In this document: positions 18,757-26,692 of the stretch, one piece after another
How positions within the stretch are numbered: the stretch's first letter is position 1
How the letters are laid out: the number at the start of each line of letters is the position of its first letter
Virus genome (UHGV): UHGV-0182861
DNA from: a virus
DNA length: 38,350 nt
Strand: one strand, 5' to 3'
Notes under the pieces: generated by a model
Database searches by the model: none
Seen by the model: the letters and a program-made list of their open reading frames with translations, nothing else
Told to the model about the DNA's origin: nothing
Made by a program: the position numbers and the translations under genes

Positions 18757-19815
18757 TTACGCTCCGGTTTCTGCTGCAGCGGCGCTGAAATCGCCAATCT
18801 GGATGTTTTCCACCAGTGCAGCGCAGCGGTAGTCCTCAACCACATAGGCTTCGTTAACGGATTCAAAATTTTCAATCCGGTCACGTTTCGGGTTGTCGAT
18901 AACTGAACGACGGCGAGTGTCTTCCTGCCAGTAGATGGACAGGTTATCCAGACGGGTGATCAGCAATGCATTCGGCGGGAAGAACGGCGCACGCACGGCC
19001 TGCAGGCCCCCCATACGTTTCTGGCTGATGATCATATCGGCAGCCAGTTTTTCACTGTTTTCCTGCTCTTTGTTGACCAGCGGGAAATACTTGTCAGACA
19101 GCAGTTCACGCCCGCAAATCACCACCAGATCGTCATCGTCCTGGTAGACAACGTCAATAAGCTCATTGACGGCATCCATCACCACGGCGTCCAGGTTGGC
19201 ATATTCGCCCCCTTTCCCGACTTTCACCGCACCCGGTGTGGTTTCACCGCCCGTGGTGGTGCTGCCCATGACGTGATCCGGTGCATCCTCACGGATTTTC
19301 TGTAACCAGCCTTTGTTCACATCCTGCAGCAGCGGGTTTTCGCTACGGTTGGAGGTTTTCGCACGCTTCACGCCGTTAAAGCCGATCATGATGCGGTCCA
19401 GTGCCTGACGTTTCACGATGGCGTCACGAATACGCACCTGGAAATCCTGAAACTTCGCCCACAGGTCCAGCTTCGCGTAGGTCAGTACCGTGTCAAAGTT
19501 GGTCTGCTCGCATTTGTATTCCACATCGACCATCAGCGTCGGATCGACAGGTTCACGCTCTTTCGCGGTGGTGTCAGTGGTTCCGGCAATGGTGCTGCCA
19601 ACACCCAACCCCAGCAGCTGACCGGACTGCTCAGTCACTGGCGTGACGTTAATCAGCGTCAGGAAAGCGGCGGACTGCTGGATCTGGTCTTCCAGCGTCT
19701 GCTGCACGGACGGCTCCACGGTGAACTTGCTGGACAGCTCTTCAACTGCCACACCGTTCAGACGCGCCAGCTGCTGCAGGTAAGCGTTAAAAGCAAAGCG
19801 GGTATTCTTCTTCAT
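18757..19815 (-). CDS. N: Major capsid protein gpN
   Basis: 352-aa product MKKNTRFAFNAYLQQLARLNGV... resembles P2 gpN. Confidence 0.9.
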   Translation of the reverse strand: MKKNTRFAFNAYLQQLARLNGVAVEELSSKFTVEPSVQQTLEDQIQQSAAFLTLINVTPVTEQSGQLLGLGVGSTIAGTTDTTAKEREPVDPTLMVDVEYKCEQTNFDTVLTYAKLDLWAKFQDFQVRIRDAIVKRQALDRIMIGFNGVKRAKTSNRSENPLLQDVNKGWLQKIREDAPDHVMGSTTTGGETTPGAVKVGKGGEYANLDAVVMDAVNELIDVVYQDDDDLVVICGRELLSDKYFPLVNKEQENSEKLAADMIISQKRMGGLQAVRAPFFPPNALLITRLDNLSIYWQEDTRRRSVIDNPKRDRIENFESVNEAYVVEDYRCAALVENIQIGDFSAAAAETGA

Positions 19816-19831
19816 CAGGTTTTGTGCTCCA

Positions 19832-20665
19832 TCAGCAATTGGTCAGAGTGTCAGCGGGGGCGTTACCGCCTGTTGCACGCTGGCGGTAGTCCTGGCGGCT
19901 GTCTTCTTGACTCAGCTTATTCACCAGTTCGTTAAAGGCGGTCTGCTGTGCCTGCAGGGCAGTCTCCAGCTCAGACAGGCGTTCTTCCTGCTCAGACAGG
20001 GATTTTTCGGTGCGCACGCTCAGGTTTTGCTGCTCAGTGGCGACCAGCTCCACGGCCTTATGCACATCAGAGAATCGGGCATCATCGGACTGCTCTTTTT
20101 TGGTGAACAGCGCCGTGACGCGGGCAAACAGGGACGGTTTGTCATCCTGGATTTCTTCCAGTTCGATCACCGTTTCCTCTGCAGCGGTAAAGAGATTGGC
20201 AGGATTCTGCTTGCGGTTTGCCAGCGGGTTATGGGCTGCACTGGCGCTGAATGTCAGCATTTCCGTACCCAGACTGGCGGGATCATCAGTGGCAGCCAGG
20301 CCGACCAGGTAGGCTTTGCCCGTATCAGCAAACTTCGGGCTGACTTCCATAGAGGTGAATAATTTCTGTCCTTTTTTCACCAGTTCCACCAGGGACTCCG
20401 TTGGCTCAACGTCGGCATACAGCGCCATCTTGCCTGCCAGCGGGCCTTCCGTGATTTCTTCAGCAAACAGCGCCGTCACCTTGCCGTAGCGGTTAAAGGT
20501 GCTGTCCGGCAGATAAGACTTGATGTGCTCAAGGTTAATCAGCGCGGTATACACCGCCGGGTTGTAGCTGGCTGCCATCTGTTCCAGCCATTCACGCTGG
20601 ATTTCGCGTCCGTCGGTAGTGGCACCTTCCACCCCGATGCGAAAACGCTTTGCTTTCACTGTCAT
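19832..20665 (-). CDS. O: Capsid scaffolding protein gpO
   Basis: 277-aa product divergent from P across a late promoter region. Confidence 0.9.
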   Translation of the reverse strand: MTVKAKRFRIGVEGATTDGREIQREWLEQMAASYNPAVYTALINLEHIKSYLPDSTFNRYGKVTALFAEEITEGPLAGKMALYADVEPTESLVELVKKGQKLFTSMEVSPKFADTGKAYLVGLAATDDPASLGTEMLTFSASAAHNPLANRKQNPANLFTAAEETVIELEEIQDDKPSLFARVTALFTKKEQSDDARFSDVHKAVELVATEQQNLSVRTEKSLSEQEERLSELETALQAQQTAFNELVNKLSQEDSRQDYRQRATGGNAPADTLTNC

Positions 20666-20743
20666 GAGCCGTGCTCCGTTAGAAAAAACTTACTGGAGCC
20701 TTATGGTTGCGGTGATCGGGGCAGTGAAACAATGCGCGGTATT

Positions 20744-20761
20744 TGTACCGACAACCACACA
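20744..20761. promoter_or_regulatory. Late promoter activator site (TGT-N12-ACA) in divergent O/P promoter region
   Basis: tgtACCGACAACCACaca between the O and P start codons. Confidence 0.55.
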
Positions 20762-20807
20762 AACCGCAGGCGGAGAAAGCCTTTATTCAAGGCTGTAGGT
20801 TTGTGCC

Positions 20808-22574
20808 ATGAACACCACACTGACACCCGCAGATCTCGATCCCCGTCGGCAGGCCATGCTGCTGTACTTTCAGGGATACCGCGTAGCCCGCATTGCTGAA
20901 ATGCTGGGCGAGAAAGTTGCAACCGTTCACAGCTGGAAAAAACGCGACAAGTGGGGTGACTATGGGCCGCTGGACCAGATGCAGCTCACCACCGCCGCAC
21001 GCTACTGCCAGCTCATCATGAAGGAGCACAAAGAAGGGAAAGATTTCAAAGAGATTGACCTGCTGGCGCGCCAGTCGGAACGCCACGCGCGGATCGGCAA
21101 GTTTAACAATGGCGGCAACGAAGCCGACTTAAACCCTAACGTCGCCAACCGTAACAAAGGCCCGCGCCGTCAGCCGGAAAAGAATGTTTTCACCGATGAG
21201 CAGATTGAGAAGCTGGAAGAAATCTTCCATTCCTCCATGTTCAACTACCAGCGCCACTGGTGGGAAGCCGGAAAAACCAACCGCATCCGGAACCTGCTGA
21301 AGTCACGCCAGATCGGCGCGACCTTTTACTTTGCCCGTGAAGCCCTGATTGACGCCCTGCTTACCGGACGTAACCAGATTTTCCTTTCCGCCAGCAAGGC
21401 ACAGGCCCACGTCTTTAAGCAGTACATCATCGACTTCGCCAAAGAAGTGGAGGTGGAGTTGAAAGGCGATCCGATGGTGCTTCCTAACGGGGCCACGCTT
21501 TACTTCCTCGGCACCAATGCCCGCACGGCCCAGAGTTATCACGGCAACCTGTATCTGGATGAATATTTCTGGATACCGAAATTCCAGGAGCTGCGCAAAG
21601 TGGCTTCCGGTATGGCTATTCACAAAAAATGGCGACAAACCTATTTTTCCACGCCATCCAGCCTGACACACAGTGCTTATCCGTTCTGGTCCGGTGCGCT
21701 GTTCAACCGTGGGCGCAACAAGGCCGACAAGGTGGACATCGACCTGTCCCACAGCAATCTGGCCCCCGGTCTGCTGTGCGCAGACGGGCAATACCGCCAG
21801 ATAGTCACCGTGGAAGATGCGGTGCGCGGCGGCTGTAACCTGTTCGACCTTGACCAGTTGCGCATGGAGTACAGCCCGGACGAATACCAGAACCTGCTGA
21901 TGTGCGAGTTTGTGGACGATCTCGCGTCCGTGTTCCCGCTCAGCGAGCTGCAGGCGTGCATGGTGGACAGTTGGGAAGTCTGGACCGACTTTCATGCTCT
22001 GGCCCTGCGCCCGTTTGGCTGGCGCGAAGTGTGGATCGGTTATGACCCGGCAAAAGGTACGCAAAACGGCGACAGCGCCGGGTGCGTGGTGGTGGCTCCG
22101 CCAGCCGTGCCGGGCGGTAAGTTCCGCATTCTTGAGCGTCACCAGTGGCGCGGGATGGACTTCCGTGCCCAGGCGGACGCCATCAAAAAACTGACTGAAC
22201 AGTACAACGTGACCTATATCGGTATCGACTCGACAGGTGTCGGTCACGGGGTTTATGAGAACGTAAAAGCGTTCTTTCCTGCCGTCCGGGAGTTTGTCTA
22301 CAACCCCAACGTTAAAAACGCCCTGGTACTCAAGGCCTACGACATTATCAGCCACCGCCGTCTGGAGTTTGACGCCGGGCACACCGACATTGCGCAGTCC
22401 TTTATGGCAATCCGTCGCGCCACCACCGCCAGCGGCAACCGCCCAACCTATGAAGCCAGCCGCAGCGAAGAAGCCAGCCATGCCGATCTGGCCTGGGCAA
22501 CAATGCACGCACTGTTTAACGAACCGCTGCAGGGCGAATCCGCCAATACCAGCAATATTGTGGAGATTTTTTGA
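20808..22574 (+). CDS. P: Terminase large (ATPase) subunit gpP
   Basis: 588-aa product aligns closely with recalled P2 gpP (MNTTLTPADLDPRRQAMLLYFQGYRV...MCEFVDD...SRSEEASHADLAWATMHAL). Confidence 0.95.
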   Translation: MNTTLTPADLDPRRQAMLLYFQGYRVARIAEMLGEKVATVHSWKKRDKWGDYGPLDQMQLTTAARYCQLIMKEHKEGKDFKEIDLLARQSERHARIGKFNNGGNEADLNPNVANRNKGPRRQPEKNVFTDEQIEKLEEIFHSSMFNYQRHWWEAGKTNRIRNLLKSRQIGATFYFAREALIDALLTGRNQIFLSASKAQAHVFKQYIIDFAKEVEVELKGDPMVLPNGATLYFLGTNARTAQSYHGNLYLDEYFWIPKFQELRKVASGMAIHKKWRQTYFSTPSSLTHSAYPFWSGALFNRGRNKADKVDIDLSHSNLAPGLLCADGQYRQIVTVEDAVRGGCNLFDLDQLRMEYSPDEYQNLLMCEFVDDLASVFPLSELQACMVDSWEVWTDFHALALRPFGWREVWIGYDPAKGTQNGDSAGCVVVAPPAVPGGKFRILERHQWRGMDFRAQADAIKKLTEQYNVTYIGIDSTGVGHGVYENVKAFFPAVREFVYNPNVKNALVLKAYDIISHRRLEFDAGHTDIAQSFMAIRRATTASGNRPTYEASRSEEASHADLAWATMHALFNEPLQGESANTSNIVEIF

Positions 22575-23299
22575 TGCCCCCAATCCCAACTAACCTCATG
22601 ACTATCGCGGGACTTCCGGTGGATAGCTCTTTCTTTGCTTACCAGTATGAGTGGAACACTAGCCCAAAGAGTAGAAACCGTGTACTCACAAAAATGCGCC
22701 AGGCAGGCGCGAATTTCTTTTTTTCCTATGAAGCCCTGAACGATGCACTGCATACCGGGCGTAACCAGATTTTCCTCTGCTGCAGCACAGCATCTGCCCT
22801 GACAGTCAAAACCTATATGTCAGCCTTTATAGATCAGGCCGCAACCTGGACACACCTTGGGAAAATAAAATCAGGTAAAGCGCATCTGGAACTACCTAAC
22901 GGTGCGGTCATTTATTTTATCGGGCCGAAAAGTCTCGCCGCCGCGCTCCATGGAAACGTCTATGTGTCAGAGTATGCCTGGGCGGACTCCCCGAAAAATA
23001 TGATTGCGCTCGCCAAAAGCCTGTCCATGCACGCGCGCTATCACGCTACCTACTACACCACCCCAAGCCCCAGCCCGGAAGCATGGCGGGAATACAAGAA
23101 GCTGATTGCCCGCAACAGCACAACCAGCATGATTTTTACCGCTGATGACGCTGCAGCATCCGGGGCAACGCTCGCAACCGGAGCCGCGCTCTTTGATGAT
23201 GAATGGCTTAATGACATGAAAAAAGAGTTATCAGCAGAGGACTGGAAAATGCTGTTTATGTGCGAATGGCCCCAGACTGACAAGGAGCAGGCGGCATGA
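22571..23299 (+). CDS. Terminase ATPase-domain paralog (242 aa), inserted between P and Q
   Basis: Aligns to gpP residues about 145-400 (FAYQYEW/FNYQRHW, RQAGANFFFSYEALNDALHTGRNQIFL / RQIGATFYFAREALIDALLTGRNQIFL, TYYTTPS / TYFSTPS, LFMCEW / LLMCEF) but lacks the gpP N-terminal domain and the C-terminal nuclease; start overlaps P stop (TGATG), stop overlaps Q start (ATGA). Confidence 0.75.
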   Translation: MMPPIPTNLMTIAGLPVDSSFFAYQYEWNTSPKSRNRVLTKMRQAGANFFFSYEALNDALHTGRNQIFLCCSTASALTVKTYMSAFIDQAATWTHLGKIKSGKAHLELPNGAVIYFIGPKSLAAALHGNVYVSEYAWADSPKNMIALAKSLSMHARYHATYYTTPSPSPEAWREYKKLIARNSTTSMIFTADDAAASGATLATGAALFDDEWLNDMKKELSAEDWKMLFMCEWPQTDKEQAA

Positions 23300-24336
23300 G
23301 CAAACGTAAAAACAAGAATAACCGCGCAGCAGTAGATCACAACGCAAATTCAGGCGGTGCTGCGGCAGAGGCGTTCAGCTTTGGCGACCCGGTGCCGGTG
23401 TTAGACCGACGCGAATTGCTGGACTACGTGGAATGCGTGCAGATGGATCGCTGGTATGAACCGCCGGTGAGCTTTGACGGACTGGCGCGGACCTATCGCG
23501 CCGCCGTGCATCACAGCTCACCGATTGCCGTTAAGCGTGACATTCTCAGCAGTACCTATATCCCGCACCGCCTGCTCAGCCAGCAGGCTTTTGCCCGTTT
23601 CGTCCAGGATTATCTGGTGTTCGGTAACGCCTATCTGGAAAAGCGCACCAACCGGCTCGGCAGCGTTCTCTCGCTGGAGCCAGCACTGGCGAAGTACACA
23701 CGGCGCGGCGTGGATCTCGACACCTACTGGTTTGTGCAGTATGGCATGACCACGCAGCCCTATGAATTTACGCAGGGCAACATCTTTCATCTGCTGGAAC
23801 CGGATATTAATCAGGAGATTTACGGGCTGCCCGGCTATCTCTCCGCCATCCCGTCAACCCTGCTCAACGAGTCAGCAACGCTGTTTCGCCGGAAGTATTA
23901 CATCAACGGCAGCCACGCGGGTTTCATCATGTACATGACCGACGCAGCACAGAATCAGGAGGACGTGAACAATATCCGCCAGGCAATGAAAAGCGCCAAA
24001 GGGCCGGGCAACTTCCGCAACCTGTTTATGTATTCGCCCAACGGTAAAAAGGACGGCATCCAGATAATCCCGTTGTCGGAAGTTGCGGCAAAGGATGAAT
24101 TTCTGAACATCAAGAACGTGAGCCGTGATGACATGATGGCTGCTCACCGCGTGCCGCCGCAGATGATGGGCATCATTCCCAACAATACCGGCGGCTTTGG
24201 TGATGTGGAAAAGGCCAGCCGCGTCTTTGTCCGCAACGAGCTGATGCCGCTGCAGAAGCGACTGCAGGAGCTTAACGACTGGCTGGGCGAAGAAGTGATC
24301 CGCTTTGAGCCCTACACCTTAGATATTGAAAACTAA
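23296..24336 (+). CDS. Q: Portal protein gpQ
   Basis: 346-aa product aligns with recalled P2 gpQ (FSFGDPVPVLDRRELLDYVEC...ATLFRRKYY...VFVRNEL). Confidence 0.95.
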   Translation: MSKRKNKNNRAAVDHNANSGGAAAEAFSFGDPVPVLDRRELLDYVECVQMDRWYEPPVSFDGLARTYRAAVHHSSPIAVKRDILSSTYIPHRLLSQQAFARFVQDYLVFGNAYLEKRTNRLGSVLSLEPALAKYTRRGVDLDTYWFVQYGMTTQPYEFTQGNIFHLLEPDINQEIYGLPGYLSAIPSTLLNESATLFRRKYYINGSHAGFIMYMTDAAQNQEDVNNIRQAMKSAKGPGNFRNLFMYSPNGKKDGIQIIPLSEVAAKDEFLNIKNVSRDDMMAAHRVPPQMMGIIPNNTGGFGDVEKASRVFVRNELMPLQKRLQELNDWLGEEVIRFEPYTLDIEN

Positions 24337-24344
24337 TACAGAGA

Positions 24345-24360
24345 GCGCTTTGCAAAGCGC
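24345..24360. terminator. Bidirectional hairpin terminator between convergent Q and the TIR gene
   Basis: Perfect 16-nt palindrome gcgctttgcaaagcgc with T-rich flanks on both strands. Confidence 0.6.
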
Positions 24361-24370
24361 CCTCTAATTT

Positions 24371-25804
24371 TCATTCAATACTATCTAGACGACTAACATT
24401 CATTTTATTGAGAAAGTCTCTATTAAAACCGAAATGATACCAGTTACTAGTATTTCGCTGGGCCTCACCCTCTGTCAGCTTTTGAGCCAAAAGTTTACTG
24501 TCATCGATTCCGGTAATAACTGCAATACTCTTGAATCCTCTATGCTGTATTGCTCTTGTAAATAGAGGATATTTCTCATAGTGCCCGGAATACAACAACA
24601 TTTGCGGGTACCAAAAAATACCGGGATTAATGAAGGATATCATAAGAGCAACAAGATCAGCTTGTTTCAAATCATCGAAAGACACATCATCTCTAGTTGC
24701 ACTTTGCTTTACTAACTCAGCAACAGGGGAATACAGTCGATAGTTTTCAGGGGACAATTTACTTTGAAGGTAATCAGAGCTTAAATATAACTCACTGTAA
24801 TTAGCAAACTCCATTCCCGGACTGGTTATATGATCGGGTAGCAAATAAGATGTATGCAGTAATGTATGTACATGCTGGAAAGCTTCAATTTTTATTAAAG
24901 CCGCCAAAATATATAAAAACGTTTCATACGCAAAAATCTGATGGGGCAAAAACCATATTTCATTATATGAATTTACATTTTTCGGACGATTTCTAATCGC
25001 TAACATTACTTCCATAAACTGTAATAGTGCTTTGGAAAAGTCTTCGCCCTGCGTATCACCCTCAAGTAAAACCCAGTCTGTAATGGCATCCCTAACGGCA
25101 ATAAGCTCTTTATGAATTTGCAAAACTTCCGCTGCAAAATCTTCAGTAGTTGGGTTTGTTACGACTTGTAGTGAGATACAATAATTTCGGCACACCTCTA
25201 AAAATTGCCTTCTGCAATCCTTTAATGTCTGCTTTTGATTTAAGACAGCTGATTTTAAAGTTTGAAATTTTGCATGAATTTCATACGTCGGTTTTGACGT
25301 GTCTTGCTCTAAATAAACCGGAGGCTTACCTAATGGTGGCTTAGTAAATTCTGGTTTTCCATAAAGCAACCTGATTAAACGTTCCCAATTATCATTTTCT
25401 TTTTCTGGTGTTGAAAAATCAATATAGATTCTAGACTTCAGAAAGATTGGAGTATACGGCTCTCCATTATCTTTGTACTCAAATATTAATGGTATAAATT
25501 TGGACTGCGACACGGATGAATATATTTCCTGGGAAATTATCATCGACTCAACACCGACACCATCTTTTCTTAAATCGGCTTTTTCTGAGTATTTTTTATC
25601 ACAAATGACTAAAACATGCGTAACCGTTTCATCTTGAACCATTCTTTCCATGTAATAATTTTTATCATCCCCTTCTTTCAAGTCATAAATATCTATGACA
25701 GTTTCAACTCCATCTGCCGCCAATCGTTCAGCCATATCTTTGATATGTTGCTGATGAGTTTTACTTGACCAACTATAGGATATAAAAACTTTTGGCTGGA
25801 TCAT
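24371..25804 (-). CDS. TIR-domain protein with about 330-aa uncharacterised C-terminal domain (477 aa); candidate anti-phage effector
   Basis: N-terminus KVFISYSWSS...VETVIDIYDL...VLVICDKKY...GVGVESMIISQE follows the bacterial TIR pattern (FISYS strand, conserved Glu in GV-x-V-E). Strong SD AGGGAGG and own promoter. About 33% GC versus about 53% for phage core. Confidence 0.7.
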   Translation of the reverse strand: MIQPKVFISYSWSSKTHQQHIKDMAERLAADGVETVIDIYDLKEGDDKNYYMERMVQDETVTHVLVICDKKYSEKADLRKDGVGVESMIISQEIYSSVSQSKFIPLIFEYKDNGEPYTPIFLKSRIYIDFSTPEKENDNWERLIRLLYGKPEFTKPPLGKPPVYLEQDTSKPTYEIHAKFQTLKSAVLNQKQTLKDCRRQFLEVCRNYCISLQVVTNPTTEDFAAEVLQIHKELIAVRDAITDWVLLEGDTQGEDFSKALLQFMEVMLAIRNRPKNVNSYNEIWFLPHQIFAYETFLYILAALIKIEAFQHVHTLLHTSYLLPDHITSPGMEFANYSELYLSSDYLQSKLSPENYRLYSPVAELVKQSATRDDVSFDDLKQADLVALMISFINPGIFWYPQMLLYSGHYEKYPLFTRAIQHRGFKSIAVITGIDDSKLLAQKLTEGEAQRNTSNWYHFGFNRDFLNKMNVSRLDSIE

Positions 25805-25883
25805 CCTCTGCCTCCCTTAGGTTTGATGTTTGATTTATATGACAAATATTTTAACAAGTCTAGGGGTTTACCTGTTGCGCGCG

Positions 25884-25902
25884 CTCGTATCCCCGCCACG
25901 CC
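25884..25902 (-). other. Putative cos cohesive-end site
   Basis: Minus-strand GGCGTGGCGGGGATACGAG resembles the recalled 19-nt cohesive ends of P2 (GGCGAGGCGGGGAAAGCAC) and 186 (GGCGTGGCGGGGAAAGCAT). Confidence 0.5.
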
Positions 25903-26106
25903 TGCCCGCTTTATGTAGTGGTTTTCATGCACCTGCATGATCTACGCAAAAGCCCACCAGTTCTGGCGGGCCTTAGCAAAAACGATCCTCAAACGATCAT
26001 GCGATCTCATGCGGCATAGACATGCACTACAGAGCTAACGCCTCGCAAGGGCTCGTTGTTCAACCTTGCTGACGCCAGAAACAAGTTCAGACGCCAGCAA
26101 CGTTTC

Positions 26107-26340
26107 TTAATGCAGCCAGCTGTCGTCTTCCCACACCTTCTGCATAATTTCCATTACCCGCTGCTTATCCTCATCAAGTTTTAAGCCGGTCAACTCGATA
26201 CCGTTGGCACTGCCTTTGCGAATGCGGATCGCCGTCTTGGGATACAGGGGGCGCAGATTGCGGTAAAGCTCGGATTCAAGGGCGTCCAGGGTAGACTGGC
26301 TAATCTTCTGCTCTTTATCGATCATTATTTCAATGCGCAT
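26107..26340 (-). CDS. DinI-family protein (77 aa)
   Basis: Trimmed to MRIEIMIDKEQ... with SD GAGGTGA; resembles recalled DinI (MRIEVTIAK...EILQETWE). Confidence 0.75.
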   Translation of the reverse strand: MRIEIMIDKEQKISQSTLDALESELYRNLRPLYPKTAIRIRKGSANGIELTGLKLDEDKQRVMEIMQKVWEDDSWLH

Positions 26341-26350
26341 AAAAGTCACC

Positions 26351-26539
26351 TCAGCTGATGACATCCATTGAGCGGTTGTATTCGTGAGTTCTGATTTTTG
26401 CCATGAGTTCATCTGTCAGTTCAGAAACCCACTGCAAAGCCAGCCCCTTCTCTTCATCACTACACTCACTAGCCGCTACAAGCTTAAGAAAAAAATCAAT
26501 GCGCTGGAGCTTCAAAGACTCCAAAAAATAGTCCTGCAT
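26351..26539 (-). CDS. Small protein upstream of DinI-like gene; possible Tum-like antirepressor N-terminal module (62 aa)
   Basis: Trimmed from the 96-aa track ORF because a LexA box and promoter lie inside its N-terminal extension; strong SD GGAGGAAAG before the internal ATG. Confidence 0.5.
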   Translation of the reverse strand: MQDYFLESLKLQRIDFFLKLVAASECSDEEKGLALQWVSELTDELMAKIRTHEYNRSMDVIS

Positions 26540-26580
26540 CTTTCCTCCTATGACACCACAAGCAACACTGTATGCATAGC

Positions 26581-26600
26581 CACTGTTTATATTTACAGTA
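26581..26600. promoter_or_regulatory. LexA box (SOS operator) at promoter of the Tum-like/DinI-like operon
   Basis: caCTGTttatatttACAGta = CTGT-N8-ACAG with AT-rich spacer, about 40 bp upstream of the 26539 start, overlapping a -10-like element. Confidence 0.7.
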
Positions 26601-26692
26601 TATAATAATCTTACTGATGTAAAACGTTTTTTTACGTTCATCAGCCTGATATGCCTGGTATTATTAAGAGCACGAATTGTTAACCCGCGTAA

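Noticed and set aside
21303-22589. 428-aa minus-strand ORF inside terminase gene P
   Set aside because: Antisense to a protein with clear gpP similarity; no start or RBS context; typical shadow ORF.
24371-25804. TIR gene as part of a Thoeris system
   Set aside because: No ThsA-like (SIR2 or Macro/SLOG) partner anywhere nearby, and the protein is more than twice ThsB length with a large extra domain.
26351-26641. Full 96-aa version of the ORF upstream of the DinI-like gene
   Set aside because: The N-terminal extension covers the LexA box and promoter; the internal ATG at 26539 has a strong SD, so the shorter 62-aa product is more plausible.
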